DNA of 64,000 bases from a bacterium (GTDB taxonomy: Bacteria; Hinthialibacterota; Hinthialibacteria; Hinthialibacterales; Hinthialibacteraceae), in NCBI GenBank assembly GCA_963662285.2, contig CAXXMV010000006.1, forward strand, positions 224,001-288,000, read 5' to 3'. Both the position numbers and the translations under genes were made by a program. A model generated the notes under the pieces. It was not told the origin of the DNA and made no database searches. It saw nothing but the letters and a program-made list of their open reading frames with translations. This document shows positions 16,943 through 28,700 of this stretch, one piece after another. Positions within the stretch are counted from its first letter, which is position 1. Every line of letters starts with the position of its first letter.

Positions 16943-18619
16943 TTATGAAGCCAATCCGTCCAAAAAGCCTTTTAAGCGCTGAGCGCGTAAGGGGTGGCGT
17001 AATTTACGGATGGCTTTGGTCTCGATCTGCCGGACGCGTTCGCGCGTAATGCCGAAACGGTTGCCTACTTCTTCCAATTTTCGCGGCTGGCCGTCATCCA
17101 GACCATAGCGCAGGCGAAGCACAGCTTCTTCACGCTCGGTTAGAGTTTCGAGAGCTTGTTCAATCTCGCCTTCAAGCGAATGATGGCTGGCGTTATCGAC
17201 TGGTGAATCGACTGATTGATCTTCAATGAAATCGCCCAGGAAACTATCTTCGCTTTCATTGATGGGCGTTTCCATGGAAACCGCCCGCTGAACGACGCGC
17301 GCCAGTTTCATGTATTTCTTCAAGGGGATATCCACGCGATTGGATATCTCTTCCGGCGTAGGGTCGCGTCCCAGTTCCTGTTGCAGTTCTTCGGATGCTT
17401 TAGTAATGCGGTGCCAGGTTCCCTGCAACCCAACGGGGATGCGAATGTCATGAGCCTGACTGGCGCAAGCGCGGGAAATGGCCTGACGAATCCACCAGGT
17501 GGCGTAGGTGCTGAATTTGAAGCCCAGCAGATGGTCGAATTTCTCCGCAGCGCGCATCAATCCGATATTGCCTTCCTGAACCAAATCCAACAGATGAACT
17601 CCGCGATGCCGGAATCCTTTGGCAACCGAAACTACCAGTCTGAGGTTGGCGCGAACCAAGTCCATCTTGGCGCGTTGCGCTTCTTTTTCGCCTCGGCGGA
17701 TAATTTTTACAGCGCGAAACAGACGAAACGGGTCGTCATTCTCTTCATATACGGTATTTAAAATAGATTTAGCTTTGACTAATTTTTCAATTTCATGCAG
17801 TACTTCTTCTTTCTTTTTATGTGATTTACGGCTCAAAGAAAGCAGCGTCTTATCAGTTATACGAACTCGATTTGCTAAACGGTCAATTTCTTTAGGGGTA
17901 ATGTTAAAAGATTTTTCAACGCGGTTAACGATTTTTAGGGCTTTGTCCGCTTTAATGGCATTTCTTTTAAGGCCGTTAGCTATTTCCTGAATAGTTTCCG
18001 GGGCGAATCCAATCTTGTATAAATCCTCGCCTGATTTTCTGAATAAATCTCTGGATATTGCTACATCATCATTTAATGACTCAATTGCATTGGTAGACTT
18101 CTGGATGACTCGTTCTACTTTTCGCTTGAGGTTTGATATATATCGCGCAACATCTTTTTCTGTATTAAGATCATCGGGAGCATTGTTCATGATCACGTCA
18201 AGCCGGCGCATGCCTTGTTTGACGTCTTCTACTAGTTTGGTTAGATTTACTAAGGAAGGCAGGCTGCGCACGACGCCCAGGCAAATCCTTTTACGTCCAT
18301 CCTGCATTCTTTGAGAAATTTCTTGTTCATTCTCTTTGGTTAAAAGAGGGATGCTGCCAATTTCACGGAGATATAAACGTAAACTGTTATGAACTGCACG
18401 ACGTCGTGAAACGCGATCATCAAACCGACCTGCTTCAGGTTCTGTTAATTGCAAATGTCGGGCTGCCGGGGGATAAAAAAGACTATCCTCCTCTTCTTCC
18501 TCAAGTTCCAATCCAATCCCCAATGATTTGTCTTCGAGGATATCATCGTCCTCAAACAAATTGGGGGTTGCAAGAGTATAACTCATTTTTATATTTACTC
18601 CTTCGCCAGATGGTTTCAT
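16943..18619 (-). CDS. RpoD-like sigma70 factor (divergent paralog)
   Basis: [55 protein letters not shown]. Confidence 0.92.
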   Translation of the reverse strand: MKPSGEGVNIKMSYTLATPNLFEDDDILEDKSLGIGLELEEEEEDSLFYPPAARHLQLTEPEAGRFDDRVSRRRAVHNSLRLYLREIGSIPLLTKENEQEISQRMQDGRKRICLGVVRSLPSLVNLTKLVEDVKQGMRRLDVIMNNAPDDLNTEKDVARYISNLKRKVERVIQKSTNAIESLNDDVAISRDLFRKSGEDLYKIGFAPETIQEIANGLKRNAIKADKALKIVNRVEKSFNITPKEIDRLANRVRITDKTLLSLSRKSHKKKEEVLHEIEKLVKAKSILNTVYEENDDPFRLFRAVKIIRRGEKEAQRAKMDLVRANLRLVVSVAKGFRHRGVHLLDLVQEGNIGLMRAAEKFDHLLGFKFSTYATWWIRQAISRACASQAHDIRIPVGLQGTWHRITKASEELQQELGRDPTPEEISNRVDIPLKKYMKLARVVQRAVSMETPINESEDSFLGDFIEDQSVDSPVDNASHHSLEGEIEQALETLTEREEAVLRLRYGLDDGQPRKLEEVGNRFGITRERVRQIETKAIRKLRHPLRAQRLKGFLDGLAS

Positions 18620-18785
18620 AAGAGAACCCTTCCCTCGTTTTCACCTGGTAAGTATTAAACGGTTCCATCAACAAAATGTTATGCTGATATCGCTGATATC
18701 TATGTATTCCTAAGTTGTCTTTTTTAGCGCCAAGTTTCACTTGGTTTTTTACGCCATTTTTCTTGTTATGAGATATTTCAATATT

Positions 18786-19238
18786 CTATGAGTTAATGGT
18801 CTTGGTTTCTTCTTCGCAGAACAATGTTTTGCAATGTGGAGAATTGGCTATGTCCTTTATGGTCATACTTCTCAAAACAGCCAACATTTGCTCTTGCGCT
18901 TCCTTAAATAAATTTCGTAAAGTACATTCCTTAGATTGATCGCAGTTCCTGATTTCCCAAGAACAGTTAAATTCAGCTACATCTTGATCCATTGCTATAA
19001 CAACATCAGCGATAGTGATTGTGTGGGGTGGTTTTTTAAAAACAAATCCACCGTGTTTTCCACGTATCGATTTTATTAATCCTGTTTTAACTAGATTTAG
19101 CATAATTCGAGCTAAATAGCTCTCTGAAGCTTGCACTGAATTAGCCAACTTACGGATCATAATCGGCTCATCAGTTGGTTGCTCCGCCATTGTGATTAGA
19201 GCATGTATTGCAAGATCAATGCTTTGGGAAAATTTCAT
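18786..19238 (-). CDS. Rrf2 family transcriptional regulator with three Cys (IscR/NsrR-like)
   Basis: SYLARI..L...GLIKSIRGKHGGF, ITIADV, C-x6-C-x5-C. Confidence 0.92.
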   Translation of the reverse strand: MKFSQSIDLAIHALITMAEQPTDEPIMIRKLANSVQASESYLARIMLNLVKTGLIKSIRGKHGGFVFKKPPHTITIADVVIAMDQDVAEFNCSWEIRNCDQSKECTLRNLFKEAQEQMLAVLRSMTIKDIANSPHCKTLFCEEETKTINS

Positions 19239-19247
19239 AGTCTTTTT

Positions 19248-19297
19248 ATAACCTGACTCTTTTTATCAAGTTATCATGAATCTTAAATCAATGTCAA
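19248..19297 (-). promoter_or_regulatory. Rrf2-type operator overlapping a sigma70 promoter (autoregulation)
   Basis: ATAACCTGA-N9-TCAAGTTAT (19248-19274); minus strand TTGACA-N18-TAACTT. Confidence 0.6.
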
Positions 19298-19740
19298 GAC
19301 CGTTTTCCCATATATATAATCATTAATATCACTTGATGAACTACTGGATACGGATGCGATAACCTAACATATATAATTTAAGGTGATTACATAGTTTTTC
19401 TGGGCTTTTTTTGGCTCACGATATAATATGGAGTCAAATAATATAATTTCGCATAAATGAGGAAAAACCTTAAATTTAAAACCGTCTTTTGAATGTTGTT
19501 TATAAATCATGTTGAATTTATCTAGAAATTACGACAGTAGTATACCTAAAATGTCGGTGAATGTAACCCATAATATCATATTATTCAACTATATTTTAGA
19601 TTATCCATGTATATAATAATTTAGGCGCCCGGATGAGGACTAACATTGGCAATAAACATAGGTTACAATCTTTAACAATCAGTATTGCATCGGTGGGGTT
19701 TCAATTCTGAATCGAACATTCGAGCGATTCGATATATAAT

Positions 19741-20604
19741 ATGAGAAATATTCCCGGATATTTATTTAAGCGATTCTTTTTGCCTGTTATCATGTCCTTG
19801 TCGCTTGTCGTTTTGGATTCTGCGTCCGCCTATTCTGAATCATCGAGTGGAGACCGTCCTACTGCAAAAACTTTCCATTTTCTGCTTTGGCAGGGGCCTG
19901 CATCTTTTAATAAAAGCGCGACCAGTACGATAAATGATAAGTTGCCTCTGGAGAACGCATGGCATGATGGAAGGCTATTGTCGTATACCGGGCGGGAAAT
20001 TCGCATACTCAGCCCTAAAGGTGAGCCTTTGGAGAAATATCTTCGTATTGTTCTTAATTCTCATCCAGAATGCATCGAAGGCGATCCCGGACTAATTGAA
20101 CGCGTCGTCAATCAACAGAATAGAGAATATATACCTATTCTTCAGGTTAATTTTCAATCAGATAAACAACTGCCCGCCTTGCAGGGGGAGATTATATTTC
20201 TGGAGCAAAGTGATTTATGGCGGGGCCGTTTGGGAGTGGTTCATCCTGAATATGACATTGGCGGTCGCAGTCAAATTGAGTATTGGGCTAATAAGACCGG
20301 GCAAAATCCTGATACAGTAACCTTGTATTCTTCCAATGAAGCATTAAGGCACCTGTTTGTTGGTAGTATTGAGGCCGCCGCTATCCCTGAAGGCGTTTTG
20401 GAAACGTTCCTTCACGAACATAATAAAGATGGATTACTTGATAAAATTATTCGCGTTCCAATGCCCTATAAAGGTCATCCATCGGTGATTTTTCTAAGGC
20501 AGGATCTTTATCATGATCCACTTATGCGTACTCTGATCAGTGAAACCTGGCTAAGGGATCATTTTCCGGATAAATTACAACTGATTCCAGCCGTTACAAA
20601 TTGA
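19741..20604 (+). CDS. exported PhnD/SsuA-like substrate-binding-fold protein
   Basis: Signal peptide; SS.EALRHLFVG.IEAAAI segment typical of PBP type 2. Confidence 0.55.
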   Translation: MRNIPGYLFKRFFLPVIMSLSLVVLDSASAYSESSSGDRPTAKTFHFLLWQGPASFNKSATSTINDKLPLENAWHDGRLLSYTGREIRILSPKGEPLEKYLRIVLNSHPECIEGDPGLIERVVNQQNREYIPILQVNFQSDKQLPALQGEIIFLEQSDLWRGRLGVVHPEYDIGGRSQIEYWANKTGQNPDTVTLYSSNEALRHLFVGSIEAAAIPEGVLETFLHEHNKDGLLDKIIRVPMPYKGHPSVIFLRQDLYHDPLMRTLISETWLRDHFPDKLQLIPAVTN

Positions 20605-20640
20605 ACAAATATCTACCCCTTTATCAATAACGATTATAAT

Positions 20641-20688
20641 TATAGGGTTAACAACGCATTGACGCTCGTTATTTTGGTAATCGCTCTA
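20641..20688. mobile_element. IS630-like mini-MITE
   Basis: TATAGGGTTAACAAC-GCATTGACG..TTATTTTG..AATCGCTCTA; second copy 25697-25746. Confidence 0.6.
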
Positions 20689-20722
20689 TCTTAAAATCTT
20701 TGGGATAATTCAAGAAAATATT

Positions 20723-22222
20723 ATGAATTCTGTAAAATTATTATCAGGAAATGCTTATTCGTTGTGGCGTGTTTCTATGGAGCCACTACTGATTCTGGAT
20801 GCCAAGGGAAATATCCAGGATTGCAATATCGTCGCTAAAGACTGCTTGCCGCTCAAAAAAGGCATAAGTTTGCTTGATATAGTACAAGAGAAATCTGATT
20901 TGCAGCATGCTTTACAAAACTCTGGTGATCAAGAAGATCCCAGGGTTATTGATCTCCTGACAATTGTTATTGATAATATGGAAATACGAACCAGGGCGCA
21001 AATAATATCTTTGCAGGATTCTGCGTCTCATAATGCCCCATGCTTCATTGTCAGCCTGAACCAGAACTCTCCTGAATTGGAATCGCTCGAAATAGCAGCA
21101 AAATTAAATGATCAGCGCGTGGAAAACCTGCGTGATAACCTGACTATCGTAACCAAGAAACTGCTCGAAAAAACTCTCCAGCTGGCCGAACAGAAAAATA
21201 AAGTTTCCACTATTATAAATGGCATGGGAGAAGGATTGATTGGATGCGATGATAACGGCGCCATCATCCATATAAATCAAGCGGCGCTTAATTTGTTTGA
21301 TTTGTCAGAACAAGAAATTATTGGCGCTTCCTTTGCCGAATACTTCTCTGAATTGACTAAATATATCGAATATCATCCTGGCAGCTCAATGCTCGTCGAA
21401 CAGAAAATATTCGATGTTCGGTATAATGTCAAAGATTTGCGCATCAGTGTTTCTCCAATTTTTGATGAAGAAGAACAGCGTAATGACGGATTCGTTCTAA
21501 TCGTGCAGGATCGTACGGAACAGGCTGAACTGGATCGTATGCGTTCTGACCTGATTTCTATTGTGTCGCACGAACTTCGTTCACCCCTCACTTCAATAAA
21601 AGGGTACTTGGATTTAATGATTTCCGGCGACCTGGGTGTTTTTCCACTGGAGATGAAGAGCTATATTGATATCATTTCCTCCAATACCAATCGTTTGGCC
21701 ACCTTGATAGATGATATGCTCGATCTGTCACGCATCGAATCAGGTAAATTGAATATGTCATTTGGCAAAGTCGAAATCAAATATCTCTGTGATCTGGTAT
21801 TCCTCACCATGAAACCACAGGCTGAGAAGAAAAAATTAAAATTCTCATTGGATGTGGAAGAAGGGCTGGCCATATCGGGCGACATAGACCGTATGCAGCA
21901 GGCTTTGACCAACTTGGTTTCAAATGCAATTAAATATACTCCCGAAGAAGGTTCTGTCATTATACATGCCATTCGCACCAAGGAATTTATTACAATCTCT
22001 GTTAAAGATAGTGGTTTTGGCATCAGTAATGATAACCAGAATCGTCTTTTCCAGAAATTCTTCCGGATTAAAAACGAAAAAACCAGAAATATCGGCGGTA
22101 CCGGCTTGGGTCTTTGCATTACTAAGTCGATAGTGGAAGCGCATGACGGCAAAATAATCGTTGATTCTGAAGAAGGCCAGGGATCAAATTTTATCCTTGA
22201 AATTCCTGCTTATCACTCTTAA
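20723..22222 (+). CDS. cytoplasmic PAS histidine kinase (PhoR/WalK-like core)
   Basis: SHELRSPLTSI H-box, NLVSNAIKY, DSGFG, GGTGLGL; no TM seen. Confidence 0.92.
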   Translation: MNSVKLLSGNAYSLWRVSMEPLLILDAKGNIQDCNIVAKDCLPLKKGISLLDIVQEKSDLQHALQNSGDQEDPRVIDLLTIVIDNMEIRTRAQIISLQDSASHNAPCFIVSLNQNSPELESLEIAAKLNDQRVENLRDNLTIVTKKLLEKTLQLAEQKNKVSTIINGMGEGLIGCDDNGAIIHINQAALNLFDLSEQEIIGASFAEYFSELTKYIEYHPGSSMLVEQKIFDVRYNVKDLRISVSPIFDEEEQRNDGFVLIVQDRTEQAELDRMRSDLISIVSHELRSPLTSIKGYLDLMISGDLGVFPLEMKSYIDIISSNTNRLATLIDDMLDLSRIESGKLNMSFGKVEIKYLCDLVFLTMKPQAEKKKLKFSLDVEEGLAISGDIDRMQQALTNLVSNAIKYTPEEGSVIIHAIRTKEFITISVKDSGFGISNDNQNRLFQKFFRIKNEKTRNIGGTGLGLCITKSIVEAHDGKIIVDSEEGQGSNFILEIPAYHS

Positions 22223-22554
22223 TTAGAGTAGTTTACATGATTATGTTTATACTTGATGATAGTGAAAACAGGAAAAGATTGGTTTTTCATTGACCACACG
22301 CCATCATAAACCAATATTTATGTAATAACCGTGCGAAACCGGAAAATTTTTCCTTGACCAAAAAAACAGTATAACATATACTGGCCTAAGGAGATATCTA
22401 CGATTATCTCAAGCCATTTCTATTTTGAGCCTTTATAAACTCGGTATTTGGGCAAGTAGGGTGAATTTTAATCTATTGACCTATTGTCGCCTGATTGACA
22501 GGCTTATGGATTAGGAATGATTGGATATCTATTTTGTTTTATAGAGTGAGAAAA

Positions 22555-23013
22555 ATGAACGACGCTTGTCTATTCCGTTTGATGAATGACGCCCTTCAAG
22601 AAGAGCATGATAAATATCTGGAAATGCTTGAACTCTCTAATGAACAAATATCTTTTTTAAGAGAGACGGAACCGGATACTATTAGAATAGCCGACTTGAT
22701 GAATAGAAAAATACAAATTGTGGAAGAGTTGCAGTTATTAGAACAAAAGCACCAACAGGTAAAGGATCAATGGCGTCTTGAATATCAGAATTATTCATCC
22801 GATGAACGGAACGTTATTAAGCAGATACGTGATTCAAGTATAGAGATGATAGAGCGCTTAAATAATTCTGAAGGAATTATTGCCAAGTCGATTAAGCGTC
22901 ACCAAGTGGATATCAATCAACAACTGTCTAAACTTAAGCAAGGCCGGAACGCTAATCAGGCTTATTTTGCGTATGAGAATTTACCGCCGCGCTATATCGA
23001 TAAAAAGAAATAA
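22555..23013 (+). CDS. FlgN/FliT-like flagellar export chaperone
   Basis: All-helical, ends AY..PRYIDKKK; context. Confidence 0.6.
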   Translation: MNDACLFRLMNDALQEEHDKYLEMLELSNEQISFLRETEPDTIRIADLMNRKIQIVEELQLLEQKHQQVKDQWRLEYQNYSSDERNVIKQIRDSSIEMIERLNNSEGIIAKSIKRHQVDINQQLSKLKQGRNANQAYFAYENLPPRYIDKKK

Positions 23014-23047
23014 TGCACAGAATGCGATCTACAATGGGGATGAGGAA

Positions 23048-24277
23048 ATGATCGTGGCTGAACCGGATTCTAAAAACAATCCTGTGGAACTTTACTCAGG
23101 CGGAGAAACCGATCCTCAGGTTCTTCAGCGCCTTATTTCGCATTATACCGAAAGTATCGAGAAACTTAGTTTATCCTTCGAGCAGCTGGAAAAACGTTTT
23201 CAGGTTTTGGATTCCAAAAACATATACAACTCCATCACCGAAGCGCTGATTACTATTGATCCGGATGATAATATTCTGACGTTTAACCGCGCCGCTGAAT
23301 GCATCTTCGAAGTGCAGGAGCAGGATGCCATCAATCAACCGTTTTGCCAGTTTCTGCCAGTCTGCGCCAAGGCATTTACTGATTACCGCGAGTCCTGCGA
23401 ATCTCATAACAAATATGAATTCTCTTTTACTAATCAGCAGGGTGATCCGGTGGTATTACAGAGCCGCTTCTCTGAATTATTTGATCGCGACGGCGCCAGG
23501 ATCGGCGTAACGTGCCTTCTGCTTGATCTTACAGAAGTTAGGCTGCTGGAAGAAAAAGCCCGGCGTTCCGACCGATTGACCGCCCTGGGTGAACTGGCTG
23601 CTGGCGTGGCCCATGAAATGCGCAATCCGCTGACTACTATCCGGGGCTACCTTCAGATCCTTCCAGACAACAAGGATGATGAAGAGTTTATTCAGGAGTT
23701 TTCTGAAAACCTTATTCGTGAAATTGACCGGCTCACCCGTCTGACTGATGATCTTCTCAATATGGCTAAACCAATTTCACCTGAACGGAAAACAGAGCAA
23801 CTTTCCAAACTTATTGAGGAGATTGCCGCTTTTCTCAGTGAGAAATTTACCTTATCGAATATACAATTGAGTATAGAACCGGATCAAGTAGGCACTGCTG
23901 TTTTGATAGATGCTGACCGTATGAAGCAGGTCTTCATCAATCTATTCGTCAATGCCATCGAAGCTAGTAACGAAATTGATGGCAAGATTGATGGGCGTAT
24001 TGCAGTCAGGTTTTTTCAGCGGATGGAGAAATTATCTCCCGATGAAGAACCACGGGCCTACGCCGTTGCTGAAATTGCCGACAATGGGCCGGGTGTACCC
24101 AAGCATATTCAAGAACGTCTCTTTGATCCGTTCTTTACTACTAAAGACAGCGGAACAGGTTTAGGTCTTGCTTTATCTCATCGGATTGTGGAAGAGCATG
24201 GCGGTTTTTTAAGGATTAATGACAGCAGCGAAAAGGGAACGGCTTTCTGGGTAATGCTTCCTTTAACCGACAGTTGA
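23048..24277 (+). CDS. PAS histidine kinase, NtrB/FleS-like
   Basis: AHEMRNPL, NLFVNA, DNGPG, FFTTK, GTGLGL; RBS before ATG 23048. Confidence 0.92.
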   Translation: MIVAEPDSKNNPVELYSGGETDPQVLQRLISHYTESIEKLSLSFEQLEKRFQVLDSKNIYNSITEALITIDPDDNILTFNRAAECIFEVQEQDAINQPFCQFLPVCAKAFTDYRESCESHNKYEFSFTNQQGDPVVLQSRFSELFDRDGARIGVTCLLLDLTEVRLLEEKARRSDRLTALGELAAGVAHEMRNPLTTIRGYLQILPDNKDDEEFIQEFSENLIREIDRLTRLTDDLLNMAKPISPERKTEQLSKLIEEIAAFLSEKFTLSNIQLSIEPDQVGTAVLIDADRMKQVFINLFVNAIEASNEIDGKIDGRIAVRFFQRMEKLSPDEEPRAYAVAEIADNGPGVPKHIQERLFDPFFTTKDSGTGLGLALSHRIVEEHGGFLRINDSSEKGTAFWVMLPLTDS

Positions 24278-24295
24278 TTTATTTGGAAAAGAAAA

Positions 24296-25678
24296 ATGGC
24301 GCAAAAAAAGATTCTGATTGTGGATGATGAACTCGGGATTCGAAACCTGCTCAAGCGGGTTTTGAAAGGGGAAGGCTATGATATCCGTGAAGCGGATAAT
24401 GGAGAAGCGGCCATCGAAATGGCGATGGAAGACCTTCCCGATCTGGTTCTGTGCGATATCAAAATGCCCATCAAAGACGGCATCGCCACTCTGCAGGAAC
24501 TCAAGGATATTTCGCTGAATGTTGAAGTTATCATGTTGACTGCGCATTCAACAGTTGAAAACGCCGTCCAGGCCATGAAACTGGGCGCGGCGGATTATAT
24601 CAAGAAGCCTTTCGATGTTGAAGAACTGAAAGTGGTGATTGAAAAGACTTTAGGCGTGGCTGAACTAAAACGGGAAAATAATGCGCTACGCGAGCAAGTC
24701 GGCTTGAAATACGGTATTGATCATATCATTGGCAATGATCCCAAGATGTTGGATATTTTTGATCTGATTAGAACTGTGGCCCCGACTCCCAGTACGGTGT
24801 TGATCCATGGCGAAAGTGGAACAGGTAAGGAACTCATCGCCGGAGCGATTCACTATCATAGTCCAAGACGTAACAAGCCATTTATCAAAGTGAACTGCGC
24901 CGCCATTTCTGAAGAGTTGCTGGAAAGCGAACTGTTCGGCCACGAAAAAGGCGCTTTCACCGGCGCTATCCGCACCAGTGAAGGCAAGTTCGTTATGGCC
25001 GACGGCGGTTCGATTCTGCTGGATGAAGTCAGTGAAATGAGCCCCAAACTTCAGGCCAAACTGTTGCGCGTTCTGCAGGAGCGTGAAGTGGACAAGGTTG
25101 GCGGGCGTCTGCCGGTTAAAGTCGATGTCCGGGTGATGGCTACAACCAACCGCAATCTTGAAGAGGAAATTAAAAAAGGCTCTTTCCGCCAAGACCTCTA
25201 TTATCGACTTAATGTAGTTACTATAGCTTTTCCCCCATTACGGGAGCGCAAAAGCGATATCTCTGATCTATGCAGTTTCTTTATAGAAAAATTTAACCAG
25301 GAAATGAATCGCCGCATCCAAGGGCTTAACAAAGAGGCTGAACAAACGTTGCTCAGTTTCAATTGGCCGGGGAACGTCCGCCAACTGGAAAATTGCATTG
25401 AACGGGCGGTTGTGCTTTGTCAGGATTCCATGATTGGTATGGAACATCTCCCACTGGAATTGAAACGCGTCTCGACTCAATCAGATTCCGATAAAATAAC
25501 CGGTATTCAAGCCGGGGGTACAGTTGCCGAGATGGAAAAGCAACTAATCATGCAAACTTTGAAACTGACTAATAACAACAGGACGCGGGCAGCTGAACTG
25601 CTGGGCATCAGCATTCGGACGCTTCGTAATAAATTGAATGAATATCGAGAAAAAAGCGTTGAAGAGATTTCTGCGTAA
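24296..25678 (+). CDS. sigma54-dependent response regulator (REC-AAA+-HTH; FleR/FlgR-like)
   Basis: GESGTGKE, GAFTGA, WPGNVRQL, LGISIRTLRNKL. Confidence 0.95.
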   Translation: MAQKKILIVDDELGIRNLLKRVLKGEGYDIREADNGEAAIEMAMEDLPDLVLCDIKMPIKDGIATLQELKDISLNVEVIMLTAHSTVENAVQAMKLGAADYIKKPFDVEELKVVIEKTLGVAELKRENNALREQVGLKYGIDHIIGNDPKMLDIFDLIRTVAPTPSTVLIHGESGTGKELIAGAIHYHSPRRNKPFIKVNCAAISEELLESELFGHEKGAFTGAIRTSEGKFVMADGGSILLDEVSEMSPKLQAKLLRVLQEREVDKVGGRLPVKVDVRVMATTNRNLEEEIKKGSFRQDLYYRLNVVTIAFPPLRERKSDISDLCSFFIEKFNQEMNRRIQGLNKEAEQTLLSFNWPGNVRQLENCIERAVVLCQDSMIGMEHLPLELKRVSTQSDSDKITGIQAGGTVAEMEKQLIMQTLKLTNNNRTRAAELLGISIRTLRNKLNEYREKSVEEISA

Positions 25679-25696
25679 TCTTCCTGGTTAATCTGA

Positions 25697-25746
25697 TATA
25701 GCGGTCAACAACCGCATTGACGAAGGTTATTTTGAGAATCGCTCTA
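25697..25746. mobile_element. IS630-like mini-MITE
   Basis: TATAGCGGTC..AATCGCTCTA; homologous to 20641-20688. Confidence 0.6.
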
Positions 25747-25763
25747 TAGTGGTTTAGAGAATT

Positions 25764-28700
25764 ATGAATCCATCGGCTGATAAAAAACCAATCCTTAATC
25801 TTGCCCTGGAGTTGGGAGTGAGAACTGAAACTCTCCAACAGGCCATGCGGGATATGGGTCTGTCCGCCGATGAATTTGCTTCTTTTGATGCAGACGAAGA
25901 ATCCGTTATTATTGAACAATTAGTATCGACCGGCGTCGTTGCTGAAAATCTTATAAAAGGAAAAGGCCGCAGAAAACTATCCGATGAACCGGTAATTGAC
26001 GACAGTATACTTACCGAAGCCTTGGGGGCCAGCGAATCCGGGTTTTCCGACGCAAATATACCGCGCCAGATACTATTTGAATCCAGTTTTGAAAAGAAAC
26101 CCTTCTTACAGCGTATCTTCAGTAAAAAGAAGGATATTGTAAATTCCCTGGCGGAATCTTCTTTCAGTTCGGAGGACCTTGAAAGTATCTTCAACGCTCC
26201 TTCAGAACGTGGGCAGGATAGAGAACAATCTCCTTTTCAAGAGATTGAAGAAAAAGATTCTAAATCATCGAAAAAAGTAGCTGAAAAACAGCCCGAATCT
26301 ATTGAAGAACTCGAAGAAATCACGGCTGATGAGATTTCCGATGATGATGGATTAAGCCGTGAAAGTTTGCTTGCTGCCGGCATCTCGGCAGAAGATCTGG
26401 ATGAAATCGAAGAGATTGATGAGTCGCTTCTGGGCGACATTGAAGGCGTCGATCTTGATGATGCTGAAGGACTGGATGATATCTCAGCAGATGATCTTGA
26501 AGACCTGGGAGAAATACCTGAAGACGAAAGCTTTGAGATCGACGAAGATATCGAAGCCATTGATAGTGAAGATGGCTTGGATGAAATGGATATCGAACTG
26601 GATGAAGCCGATCTTGAAGGCGTCGAAGATGAAGAAGGTATACCCGATGATGAAGATGAAGATGAATACGTCCCCGGTTATATCGAAAAATTATTCGCCC
26701 GCATCCAACTGACCCAGCAGGAAATGTGGACCATAATGATCGGTTCGCTGGCTATCATGCTGCTTTTGCTGGGCGTGACTGTCTATTGGTGGTTATACAC
26801 CAGCCCGAAAGCCAGGTTGGAATTGTTGGAAGAAGCAAACAAGAGTTACATAAAGGCTACAGATTATAATAATAATTTTAATGAAAAAAAGATGACTTGG
26901 GGTAAACCTCGTGCAACTCTTCAAAATACAATAACGCTATATAAGGATTTTATTAAACGATTCGATAATCATCCCAAGTTAACTGAAGCATATAAGAATA
27001 TGTGTGATTGTTATTACATGACCGCTCTTGGTGATAAAAAAGAAGGTAAATCTGAGTTGAGCGATGATTCTTTTAGACAAATGGCCACTTATTATGAAAA
27101 GTATCTGGCTTTGTTGGAAAGAGAAGCAGATAAAAACGTCGGTGGGGATAATCCTGCTGAATCTTTTCCCAATGTTATTGAGCAGCGTAATGCGCTGCTC
27201 AAAATCGCCAACGCGAAACGTGAACTCAAACAATATGATGCCGCTGTAAAAAGTCTTGAAGACTTCGTTGAGCGTTTCAGAGAAACCAAAGAAGCGCTGC
27301 AGGCTATAGTCGATATTGGCGATGCCTATGAGCAATGGGCTGATACCAAAAATGATATGGAGTTGGAACTGCTTGGTAAAGCAACTACTGCTTATACGCA
27401 GGCGCTTCGTCGAATTCCTGCCGATGACCATGAGTTACGTATGGCGCTCTATGCCAAAATCGGAGATGTTCGTAAAAAACTCTATGACAATAGTCTGAAA
27501 AACAAGAGGGATGATGAAGCCAATCAGTATCTTGATGAAGTTATCGCCAATTATGAAAAGGGAGAAGAAGAAGGTAATAAAATTGATACTAGAGACTTGC
27601 TTCCGACAGAATTCAAAATCCTTAAGCCCAAAATCCAAAAAGTAGCCAAAAAACTTGGCGACCTTTATCTACTTCGTGGGCGCGAAGCAGGCAAGCAATG
27701 GCTAGAGTATGAGAAAACGGCTGAACCTTATCCGGATGCTATAGCTGAAAAACAGCGACTTCTTGATGCCGCCGACCGGGAAAGAATAATCACTGAGAAT
27801 TTCTTAAACAAAGCCAATGCTCTTTATGATCAACTGTTGGTTGATAGTGAATTGCTTTCACCGGAAGAATATGAAGACATTCTTTATAATAAAGCTGATT
27901 GCTTCTATATCGTGAGAGATTACCCAAAAGCCATCAAGGCCGGTGAACTATTATTGAAATCAGAACGTTCTCCCAGTGATGAAGCTAAAACCAAGATATT
28001 ATACCTCCTGGGACATTCGGCATGGGAGGATGCCAAAGTCACTCTAGATTATACCAAAGTTAAAGATTATTATTCGCAAGCTCTTGCGATGAATCCACTT
28101 TATCCTCCCGAACAGAATGGCAAGTATAGTAATCTGGCCGATATCAGGTTGATTAATTCGTATTACCTTTACGGTAATAACAAAAAATACCCGGAAGCGA
28201 TTGAACGCTTTAAAGCAATGATAGAAAGGTTTCCCAAATCCGGTTATACATATCTCTCAGTTTATTTCTATGCTGATACGCTTGAAAAATATGGCGATGA
28301 TTTGAGCGCTAAGGCTCAAAAACTGGAGGATGAAGCAGTTAATTCCAGTATTGCCAATGCATTATTAGGGCAAGCCAGGAAACTGCGTAAAAAAGCTCGC
28401 GATGATGGTTATGAAATGGCTATTACTCAATATGAGAAAGCTATCATCGCACGGGAGTATTCCGAGGAGGTAGATACTCTGAATCAGAGATTTTTGAAGC
28501 AAATTATGTATAACCAAGGGCACAACGCCTTTAAGGCTGGTCAATATACAAAGGCGGAAGAATATTTCAATAAAGCGTTAAAAAAATTTGGTAATGATAA
28601 AACCGCTGAGCATTTTATTCCCCCTGCCATTGAGCGATTGGGGGACATCAACGCGCGTCTAACCAATTATAGTCAAGCTGTGCGATATTATAAAGAATAT

